Positions 24,927-35,789 of a DNA stretch of 64,000 bases are shown here, in pieces. The stretch covers positions 25,668,001-25,732,000 of the forward strand of contig NC_134480.1 of NCBI RefSeq assembly GCF_964194025.1, read 5' to 3'. The notes under the pieces were generated by a model that saw only the letters and a program-made list of their open reading frames with translations, had not been told where the DNA came from and ran no database searches. This stretch comes from Convolutriloba macropyga (Eukaryota). Position 1 is the stretch's first letter, and every line of letters starts with the position of its first letter. A program made the translations under genes and the position numbers.

Positions 24927-27439
24927 AATCTGGGCGCTTAATTAAGATACGTTAGTATTTGCAAGCGTCCACTCCTGATGAAATTTTGGATTTATGGATT
25001 TTTCATAGTGGATTCTGCTGTGTCCACAACTTCTGCGTGCTTTATAAACTAACAGGAGAAATTCAAATTCAATTCAATTTCAGACCGTACAGACTCTGGA
25101 AAAGTCTCTGTTCGGACGATTCAGATCATAACACAAAACTATCCAGACCGCGCTATGATTAGACTGTCCAGACTCTAGGCTTGGCTCTGATCAAATTTTC
25201 CAGACCGTGGGTGGTCCTTTCAGAGTCTGTGGAAGGATTGTGGTCCCCCACCGCGCGCAACACTAGCCGGTCTAAACAGAGCCTGGGTCGCGCACCTAAT
25301 ACTTGGCTACCTTGTGTAAGCGTCATAATTTAATGCTCTGATTGGTGAAAACTTGCTCGCTTATGTTGTGCTCAACAGGAGACCCTAATTTGCAAAATGA
25401 GGGTTTTTTCACTGTTAAATGTTATTTGCCGATATTTAAATGCACACTAGAATGTTCTTTTACATGATAATTGTTCTCTAATCTCGGCTGAAATCTAATT
25501 GACTATCGTGTTACAGGACTAACAAAATTGTACCAAAACTTGCTCTGTGAAACCGTATACTTAGCTAAAAATAGGCATAATTATCTTGCAATAAATTGCA
25601 AATGGAATATTTGCTTGTATAATTTTTATGGTTTATTAAAACTTTGAAGAACTTGCAAGAACAAGAAGATTTTTCTTACTAAGGAAACATACAGAATATC
25701 TGCTTGTATAAATTGCTTCATAATTTTGCAAATTAATTGTCATCTGTAAGTCGGATTAATTCGCAATGTATGCCATGTGTTTTTGCCCCGTATCGATTTC
25801 AAAGTTTGCGATATTTTGTGAATGGAGGTTCGTCATTTATACGCATAGACGCGTAAAAGTAGGGACAAAGTGAGGATGCAAATTTCGTAATGGCCAATAA
25901 CGGGAAAAGATGAAGCAAATCTCTACACTTGATCTACATTAATCTATATACTCTTGTCAACGCAGAACAAATGGGTTATAAGTTTCCCACCCGTGCAAAA
26001 TATTAAAATCAGTTCTTCCAAGCCGCTTAAAAAGCTCTTGCAAAAAAAGTTGCCACCGTTCCATATCGTTTAGTAACTTCTGTCAACTATTTTAACGATT
26101 AGTAATGAGTTATTACCTAGAAGTAGACTCACCAAGATTGACACTGGGCCTAATTCCTCGATCATAATTGGCTGGCAAAAAGACACTCACACCATTATCA
26201 GTGGACCACACATTGTTCACGACACAACTAATAGTTACAACAATTAACACTGATAGGTAATGTTGGTTGAGCAGCATAATTAACAAAAAGAAAAGCCTCT
26301 CTTTCGCTGGCGGAACTTGATTCAGCTAGTTAGTACAACCGAAACCGACAAAATTATTTTCAGCTATAAATATGGTACAGTTATTTTTAAATTATAGCAG
26401 AATCTATGGCAGAATTTAGTGCCTTATAGCAGAATTTAGTGTCGCTATACTGCTCAAGTTGAAAAGAAATGAACCGGTAAAATTAAACACAGAATTGGTT
26501 ATTGCTTTGCTTCAAAACGCCAAAAAATTGAACTCTAAATGTAAATAAATTTAGAGGAAACAGTCAGATAATGCACACGGCTTGTTCGCCTATCAATATA
26601 TGAAAATGGCGGCTCTATTTCCTGCAGTGATACAACACCTCAAAATTGCACAAAATATAAATAATGCAAACGATATGAAAAAGCATTCAAGTGCTACTTG
26701 ATTCTAGAAATTGCTCTTCTAGACAGGTTGTGTGAAATATGAATGGTCTCTTCCCTCACAAAAAATGAAGATGTATCAATTTTTGAGTAGCTTTTAGACT
26801 GGTTTGCTGTCTGTCAATCAATGATGAATTCCGAAGATAAATAAGTTCCATTCAGAAGAAAAGTGATAATTAAGAGCAGATTATTGAAGGTTTAATCTCT
26901 AATTACATCTCCATCAACTCAAAAATGATAATGGCAAGTATGTGCTAATTTCAGCTTAATCAGATCCCGAAAGAGCTAAAATAACAGCATACAATTTGCT
27001 TTTTAATAAGAAATCAATGAAAATTTTAGACAAGATGGCTCACCAAGTCCTGTGCGTTTTACATAAAGTTAATAAATTTGAAGGAAATTTTAGCCTAATC
27101 AGTAGAGAATCTGCGGAGAATTGTAGAATTCCAAATTGCATTGATGAAAAAAAAATAGTCAGTGAACAAAACTCTAATGGATTTCTTTAAATCGGTTCTT
27201 TTTCCTCCAAATTTGTAGGAATTTTATGATACCCCGATTTTTTCGTTAAGTCAATTTTGACCGATCGATATCTTTGGCGGAAACATACAAAAGTGGTATC
27301 ATTGAAAAGATCTTGAAAAATTGAGTTCATTTTCAACTTTTTGTTTTCTCAAAAGCAAAAAGTGTCCAAAGTTTTCAAAATGTTGAAACCTTTTTAGGCT
27401 TCTCACCATCAAAACACTTGAAACTAATCCAAATTTACT

Positions 27440-30400
27440 TTGAATTGTCTACTCTGACCTTGATATTTCATAGCTGCCACCGCAATAGCTATGCAGATTA
27501 GCTATTATTGACCAAATCTTCATTTTTAAAACTAGATTTTGTTTTGAGCCTCAACGGTCTCTTTTTACAATCGACAAGATTTAGATTGCTTTGGTGAGCT
27601 GTTTTCTTTCAAAATCTCTGATCATATTTGTGAGTTTTTGATGTCAAAGATAAGTCATATTAGAGTGGCGATTTTAGTCACGCTTGAGTATTAAGAGATG
27701 CAGAAGAGCAAGTAGTTTTGAGTCATGATGCTTTTGAACTTACTTTTGAAGTACAGCAACAATTTGGTGCTTGGATTAAATTTTGAGCTTTACGAGGTAA
27801 CTTTTTCACGTGTGGCAATTTGAATTGTTTTCTATTAATGACTGGTCTCATCAGCTTATAATGAAGAATTAATGATTCTAAATGCTATCAGGCGTTCATA
27901 GCAGGGCCTTTATTGACTTTGACAATAGTTTAGTCTCAATAAGAACAGTTTTCACTTTCTTTCTAGTGTAGCTTAATGTTGGTCAAGTTGCTTGTGTCCT
28001 CCAGGTTTGACTTATTTTTTGATGAAATAGAAGCCACGTTTTGTAAGAAGGTTTAATTTTAATTGTGGAGTTTTCGTTTTTTTGGCGTTCTTTGGTGCTC
28101 TTGAAATCCAATTGACCTGCTAAAATATTTTCTATAGTGTTTTCTATAATCTTCGCACAAATTGGTTAAATAATGCTTCGTTAATTGCTTAAGTCTTGAT
28201 GGCTTTTACACCACTTCTTTTCGGAAATTATTTAATTTTTAAAATGTTTCTTGATTTTGTTTCCGTATTCAATTTCATATTCTGTTTACATGAGAAAATG
28301 GAAAGCCAAGTAACGCTGAAGCCATAATTTTGAAAAATCAGACAATCTTCTGCAAATGGACTATACTCAACAGTTATTTGAAATTATATGCATTTTTCAA
28401 CAAAAATAACTCTGCCATCCGCCATTATTACTGACACGGGAAATATTTAAGGGGATTTGAAGATCTGTTTTGGCTCCCTGTTCAGAATACAAATTAAGAG
28501 TCTAATTAGCGCTGCATCTGATATTGACCCCGTATTACCAAAGCGTTGATCGGGAAAGTAACAATAATTAGAGTTACAAAGTTTTTATTGTACCAGTAAA
28601 TTTTTCAAGTTTTGCATACTGGGACGATTGCCAATAAATAGTGTGGTTTGCTCAGTGTTTTAAAGGGTAGTATCGGTTGAACGGGGCGTTTTCTCACTTT
28701 CAAATAATATTTTAAGACAGCCTTTACTTCTTTTATGTCCCCGTTGTGCACAGCAGTGACAGAACAGATCACCTCTTCCTCGGTATTAAATTTGATAGCG
28801 CTTTGTTGATTGTCCACTGTTATTCCAGTATCCTCTGTTCTCTTACAATTTGACAACGAAAAAATTTAGTCCACGATAATTGTTTTACGGATATCCAATT
28901 GATCACATGCAGAAACGATATGGTGACTTTTTGTTGAGGCCCCTGGATAAACGTTGTATACTATTTGCGATGTTTGTCTGTGTTTTAACGGTTTGGCGAT
29001 ATATCCAAGTACATTTGGCATTGGAATAACATGCTTGTCGAATGAAAGCGCAAAAAATGCTGTACTTGTTGCCTCTTTATCAGGTAGCATTATTTTGACT
29101 GTAACCTCTTGGAGACAAATGTGCCAAGTTCATGAACTGTTTTTAAATCTTGATTCATCAAAAGTTAGATCGTAGTAGAGAAAGCATACCGCTCAAGAAA
29201 AATTTCCTCTTGTTTTCTCCTGTGTTTTATAGCCACCTGCGGGCTTGGGAAAAACTCAATTCGCTCGTGTTGTCAAATCGGTTAAATATTTTTCTAGTGT
29301 CTCTTTTGAGGAGCTGAGTTTTCCTTCTTGGAGTTTCAGTATGAATAATTCTATTGTATTTGCAATTAGAAACCGTTTTTCGAGCAGTTTGATTGCTTCG
29401 TCAAAGATCTGGTTCTATCTGCTATAGTAGTTTGCAACTAGAATGCTAGCATTTCGAACGTTAAATGAAAATTTCCAAAAATCAATTTTTGGGGTTTAGG
29501 ATTTGCGCGAGTGATACTGAGGTTCTAATATTTTCCTTAAATTTTCTGAAGTTTCATGTTTTACCACCGGAAAAAAAATCAAAACAACAGTTAGAACAGA
29601 ATTTGTTTCTAAAAGGCGAGTTCGAATTGCATTGATTATGGTTATAGCCATTGCTGATACATCTGCTATGATTGTTTGATGGTAAAGAAAAATTATTTCA
29701 AAATGCACAATAATTGCGTCCACGCGAATTGTTGTTTGGATATCCTTTTGATCAAAAGAAGCAGCAATATGGTGACTTTTTTTAAGGCCACTGGATGTAC
29801 GTTGTATTTTATTTTCGACTTCTTTCGGTGTTTTAACGGTTTCGCGATCTGTGTTTGCGATAGAAATCAGTGGATTTGCCCTTGCAATAACTTGCTCTTT
29901 GAATGAGAATGCAAAACAGTGCTGTAATTGTTGCCTCTTCAACTGGTAGTATGATGTTGTCTGTAACCTCTTGGAGACAATTTTGCGAAATTCCTGCACT
30001 GTCTTTGTATCTTGCTCCATCATCAATTTAAATCGTAGTTGAGAAGGCAAACCGTTCATGAAGAAAATCCTCCTGTTTTCTCTTGTGTTCTATAAGCACC
30101 AGTTGTGTTGGGAAATGCTAAAATTGTTAGTGTTTTCAAATCGTTTAAGTTTTCTTCTTCGTCTCTCCCGAGGAGCTTAGTTTTCTTTCTTGGAGTTTCA
30201 GTTTGAATAATTCTTTTCCATTTGCACTTAGATATCAATTTTTGAGAAATTCGATTGCTTTGTCAAAAACGTGTCTCTATCTGTTATAGTTGTTTCCAAT
30301 TGGAACGCTAGGAATCTGCCTGTCAAATGAATTTTTTCAAAGTCCAATTTTTTGGGTTTGGTGTTTGCGCGAGTGATACTGAGCTTCTAATTTTTCCTTA

Positions 30401-31450
30401 AATGTTCTAAAGTTTTATATTTCACCACCGCAAAAAAAATAATTTTGTTTCTAAACGACCCGCTTGAATTGCATTGGTTATGACTACAGCCATTGCTGAT
30501 ACATCTGCTATGTACTCACGCCAGGTAAGAAAAACTATATCAAAATGCACGATAATTCCGTCCACGACAATTGTTGTTTGGATATCCTTTCGATCACTTA
30601 AAGCAACGATATGTTGACTTTTTGTTGAGGCCCCTGGTTAAACGTTATATATTATTTCCAAACTGTTTTTGGGTTTTAACGGTTTTGCGATCTGTGTTGG
30701 CGATAAAACTCAGTGTGTTTGTCACACGATTAACTTGCTCTCTGAATGAGAATGCAAAAAGTGCTGTAGTTGTTGCTTCTTCTTCTGGTAGTGTGATTTT
30801 GATTGTAACCTCTTGGATAATGTGCGAAAATCCTGAACTGTCTTTGTATCTTGCTTCATCAACCTTTTAGATCTTAGTTCAGAAGACAAACAGCTCATGA
30901 AAGAATTCCTCTCTACATTCCTGTGATCCATAGCCGCCTGCTGGAGTGGGAAAGCTAAATTTGCTAGTTTGGTCATATCTGTTCAATATTCTTCTGGTGG
31001 CTCTCTTGAGGAGTTGAGTCTCTGTTCAATATTCTTCTGGTGGCTCTCTTGAGGAGTTGAGTCTTACTTCTTGGAATTTTAGTATGAATCATTCTATTGT
31101 GTTTGCAATTAGATATCAATTTTCGAGAAGTATGATTGCTTTTCCAAAGGTGTGTCTCTATCTGCTATAGTTGTTTTCAATTAGAAAGCTAACAATCCGC
31201 CTGTCAAATGAAACTTTCCATAATCCAGTTTTTGGGTTTGGTATTTGCGCGAGTGAGACTGAGCTTCTAATATTCTCCTTATTTGTTCTAAAGTTTTAAT
31301 TTTCACCGCAGAAAAAAATTCAAAAAACAATTTAGCCAGAATTTGTTTGTAAAAGACGTGTTTAAATTGCATTGTTTATGGCTGTAGCCATTGCTGATAC
31401 ATCTGCTAAGTTCGCTCGCTGGCGAAGAATGATTATATCAATTTGCAAAA
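27440..31450 (-). mobile_element. Decayed Ty3/Gypsy LTR-retrotransposon relic with a triplicated gag segment
   Basis: Gag-like peptides (DLKTLTILAFP, MNGLPSQLRFKLM) and a zinc knuckle CHCCAQRGHKRSKGC near 28720-28765, followed by weak protease-like and integrase-like remnants. Confidence 0.6.
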
Positions 31451-33210
31451 CCCATTTGGATTTCTTGGGATTGAGGCCAATGGTACAATTTGCACTTGAT
31501 TCAAGGGTTGATTTGATTACCACAGAATCACTTTCAATTTTAATTTTCGTGAATATAAGAATGCCTGATTGTTTTTGATTTATGAAATATGAAGATTGTG
31601 CGGACATAAATATTATAGAATAGGACCAATTTCATCTTGAACTTAAAATAATGTTTAGGATATTTAATTCATTGAAATGTGACACATCAGATTTTGTAAT
31701 CATGTTTTAGTCACGTTTAGAGTTTCTAGTAGAACCTTGGATATACTTTCACAAAATCCGTGAAGTAGAGAAAAATGGGCAAGACGTAAAGTAATTAGGA
31801 AAGAATCTGATTAAATTTTGCGTCAAAATTTATATTGTATTGTTTGAGAGATCTATACCAAATAAAATTGAGCAAAGTCAAGACAAGTTATGTCAGCAAG
31901 ATAAACACTTGTTCTATTGTCAATAACCTAAGGCAGATGGATGTTAATTTTACATTGCTGCTTCTTCCCATCGCCAACTTTTAAATGTGCTGCTAATTAT
32001 GTAATGAAGTATCTGGTACTTATCAAATGTTTTTCAGGCCTTCGGATGTGGTTTTTGCGATTTCGAAAAACAACTATTTCAGTCATTCAAATGTTATGCT
32101 TTTCATCCGATAATATTTCATGCATTTTTAGACCAATATCATATTACTAAATATATTCAACAATGGCTCAATTTGAAGTCCCAGTCAAAGTTGAGACGTT
32201 ACATCAAGAGATTGTTTTTCATTGTATAAAAATTTTCTATAAGTTTCTGCATATTCGATATGAGTTTGCAGCACTTCATTGTTTTTGTTTGCTGAAATTT
32301 ATTCTCGGAATAAAGTAACTTGACCAGTGGTAACTTGAATTTTATTATAAATCCCTGATTGCTGTACTCATAGCAAATCTTCAGCAATGACTTTGATTTT
32401 GCTATATGTATTGCGTCGCGAATCATGAGCTTTGTGGCACATTGCATTGATCAACTACACGCCAATCACACTCCCGTTAAATGGCACTACATTCGTTTAC
32501 GTGCCGACCTGCCAGGAAGTCTGTTTTTTTATCCTTTGCCATCCGCAGGGTTATATGTCTTCAGGTCAGCCCAATTAGGTGGAATTTTATGAAAAAAAAT
32601 TAAAGAAGGTAAGTAGGTTTTGAAATTCCTTGTTGTGTAGATTACTGTAACATCTGTTAGTGATCCAGCTTTTATAGGCGCATGCTTAATTGGTTTCTCT
32701 ATTTCAGAAGAAATGGCTCTCCTACCGGTTTAGGTCAGTTTTCGAAATGTTTTCCGCTTCAGTTTTTGCGGTCTTTTTAGAGTCACTGAAATTTTTCTCA
32801 ATTGTCTGGTTAACAATGCTTGACGACAAATTTCTATGGATTTCTCCGCCATATGTTTTTGTTGATCATAAGGGTTTCATCAAAGTATTGCCGGTTGCTT
32901 CTATCAAACAATCCTATGTATAGTACCCTCGAAGGTATTTATATGCTTGAGTGGTGCGAAGCTGTGGGAATGTGTAAATGTTCCTGTTTCTGTTGATGTT
33001 AACTTTCGGTGCCATTTACACAGAACTTTTTTTATTCGTCCTTGTCGGGGATAACTATTTCACAGTTTTATCCATTTTTTGTGAAATCGATAGTTTTAAG
33101 CAAACTAGTTCCTAGTTGAATCAACTTCTTGGGGTTTGTTTCGTATGTGCAAATATTGTCTACATATCCTTCAAATAGTTCGTAATAATGTTTTCAGTGG
33201 TGTATTTCCA

Positions 33211-34880
33211 ATGTAAAAGAAACCGATTTGTCAAATTGAAATTACTTCAAACGTTTTCGAACTTTACGTTCATCGTCAGGTTAAAACTGTTTTTACAAAT
33301 TGTTAAAAGATAAAATAATTATGTGTTTACGTTTGTCTGAGACCACACTTAAAACAATTCTAGGAACTATTCTGAAAAATTCAATCAAAATTTGTTCGAT
33401 ATGTACAAAATTTAGCCTATTTACAACTCATATTTACATCCGTTATCAATTTATTTAAAAACATTCTTTTTCCGGATTTTTCAATTTCAGCCATGTTCTT
33501 GTATTTTTAGGGTTATTCTGAATTTGCCCTAAACTGAAGTTTACCTCTTGTGGAGGTTTTGCAAATTACGTTTTGTCATGCACAAAATGTTTTTTGGCCC
33601 TATGTATCTTCATCTAGTCAAAATTATAATTTGAACTAATATTTTAACGTGAGTTCCCGCTCCTATATTCATCATGTGTGTCTAGTGCCGGCTTCAGCTT
33701 GCTGATGTATATAGCTTCGATAATAATTAGTTTTTCTACCGTCTGACAGGCGTCCAGAATTTTTCATTCAATGTCATTCGTGGCGCCACGACATTCAACC
33801 AGATGTTGACCCACCTGTGAATCCTTCTTTTGATGTTCTGTTATCCTTGTGGTAACATGCCGGTTTGTTTGCCCAACATAGATGGATCCGCATCCATTAC
33901 GTTTAATCTAATATACCACGTAGGATTTCAGGTCTCCATCGAAAGCTGATTTCAGGGTGGGGAGGCATGATCTTAATTTCCGCGTCGTAAAAACCACTTG
34001 CAACTCGCATAGTTTCTTCAATTTGCTTGCAAAGCTTTGAGTAAGGTTGCCTCTGGATTTTAGAAAAATAGTTGGCTTATCATAAGATCCAGTGATGTTC
34101 TTTTGGTGTTGTTTTCAATTGGTCTTTCCCGCCACTTATTATCTTTTCTGGAGTCTGGTTCACTATTTTTGAAGACCAATCTTCTGGATATTGATTTTCC
34201 GTCCAGCAGGTTTTGTTCTTTTCAAGAGCCTGATCGAAGGCCAATCAATTAGAGGTTGCATTGAAAACCCTATGAACCGTCCCTTGAATCACATTTTGTT
34301 TATGCTGGAGCGATGCACAGCTGCGAAAATTCAGTTTTATTTCAATGTCAGTTGGTTTTTGATACCAATGACAGGTTACTTTACTTTTGCTGCTCACATT
34401 TACGTTAATTTGAAGAAAAGCCAGATTCCCTTCCATGTTAATTTTTTCTAAGGTAAATTGCAGGTTGTTGTCTAAAGAATTTGCAAATTTTAAATACTCG
34501 TCCGGGTCACCACGAACCGTGCAGATAATATCATCCACATAACTTTTATACAATTTCATCTCCTCATAACGCCCGACTATCTGTTGGTTGTTGCAATAAG
34601 TTCAAATCCAAAACACCCTTGATGTTGGTGTATTCCTCATTCGATATCTTTTGGAATCTTGCATGAAACCAGTTTTTGCATGACTCACATTCTACTCCGC
34701 TTCCTCAGAAAGTCATTCTCCGTTTACAGTCTTTGCACTTCCCCTTTTGGTGGGATCTGGAAATATTTTCATTGAGCTCTGGTTTTTGCAGTGATGCCTC
34801 AAACGATTTCATCCACACGTTTGTCAGTATTACAGCCAGTGATGCACCCATAGCCAGACCATCTCATTGTACTTCCACCT
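33211..34880 (-). mobile_element. Penelope-like element copy B (5'-truncated; RT C-half + GIY-YIG endonuclease + 3' pLTR)
   Basis: DGLAMGASLAVILTNVWMK, the PHD insert, YVDDI, NLQFTLE, WYQKPTD, YVGQTNRHVTTRITEH and EAIYISKLKPALDT. Flanked by the 10-bp direct repeat TGTATTTCCA at 33201-33210 and 34881-34890. Confidence 0.92.
33249..33279 (-). ncRNA. Hammerhead-ribozyme-like core in the PLE-B 3' pLTR (probably degenerate)
   Basis: Minus strand reads CUGACGA-U-GAAC-GUAAA-GUUC-GAAA-ACGUUU: core boxes, a 4-bp helix II and a palindromic AAACGUUU. Helix I pairing is not evident. Confidence 0.5.
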
Positions 34881-35461
34881 TGTATTTCCACCTTGAAAAC
34901 ATTTCCAAACATAATTATTCATTTTCCGTAGTGCTCCTTACTATTTTGACATTTTATGTGATACCAGTTTTCGCATTCAACTGCCTTGCTATTCCGAAGA
35001 ATTTTTTGACAGCCAGGGCATCTTTATGTCGCATTTTTGGTTCTCCAGAGGTCATCTCGTTCTCAGCACTCAGTTTGACTTCAAGGGATTTCATCCAAAT
35101 ATTGGGCAAGATAAATGCCAGGGAAGCCCCATTGCAAATCTTTGTATCAGTACCAGTTACCTTTTGAAAATAAGCGTTTGTGACTGGAAGTTTGAGTAGG
35201 AGCTTAATTGGTGCTCGTTCGATATCGGGGAGGGTGTCACTGGAGTAAAGACACCGCAGGGCGACTTCGATGGCTTCGTCAAAAAATGGTTTCATTTGTG
35301 ATAAGGACTTCCTTGAATAGATAAAATGGGGCGCGTTGGTGTCTTTTCTTTGTGGACTTTTTCCAACTCATACAGTCGAGCTGGTTGTGCTACTGTCGTT
35401 CGTACTTTTTGGTAATTTTATAATTTTTTCCGTAATTAGTTTTGTTTTTGTTCCATTGGAT

Positions 35462-35612
35462 CTATTCTGTTTTGCCCCCCCAGTGTTTTTTACGCCCCCC
35501 TACTTACAAATTATATGTTGTTATATAGTACGTTACTATGTAAAGAATTAGCACGTGCTTCTGGGGGGCGTAAAAAATATAAGCCCACTAAGCTGGGGGG
35601 GAAACAGAATAG
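35462..35612. mobile_element. 151-bp MITE inserted in PLE copy A
   Basis: TIRs ctattctgttt..cccccc(c)ag and ctgggggggaaacagaatag, with an internal inverted pair ttttttacgccccc / gggggcgtaaaaaa. Absent from the homologous position in PLE copy C. Confidence 0.85.
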
Positions 35613-35789
35613 ATTCTTTTCATTTCAAACTAAAGTTCCGTTTACATCTTTTTCTGTTTTGAAAATTATCTGGTCATTTTTTTCCACCCGCGAAAATTGG
35701 GGACAATCCAGTATATTTGATTGATATCTTGTTTTCAAAACACTGCCCTTATCAAAAGGTGTGGCTAAAAATGTAGATAACTTGATTTC

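Larger units (their letters stand above)
21185..25080 (+). mobile_element. Near full-length CR1/L2-group LINE (ORF1 + APE-RT ORF2)
   Basis: Two ORFs, a 3' UTR stem-loop (tccact..atgaaa..tttcat.agtgga), a tail of AATTC repeats, and a candidate 7-bp TSD CAGACCG at 21178-21184 and 25081-25087. Confidence 0.95.
20764..25350. mobile_element. Non-autonomous elements split by the LINE: an outer palindromic MITE-like element and an inner element rich in TCCAGAC[C/T] motifs
   Basis: cgagccaag...caatcagagca (20780-20810) is inverted relative to tgctctgattgg...acttgctcg (25334-25360). TCCAGAC[C/T] motifs occur on both sides of the LINE. Confidence 0.5.
32340..35770 (-). mobile_element. Penelope-like element copy A (decayed; interrupted by PLE copy B and a MITE)
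   Basis: PFDKG, AQPARLYELEKVHKEN, EAIEVAL and GASLAFILPNIWMK, then the PHD insert. After the nested insertion come GYVDNI and a GIY-YIG C-terminus (KLMIRDAIHIAKSKSLLKICYEY). Confidence 0.8.
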
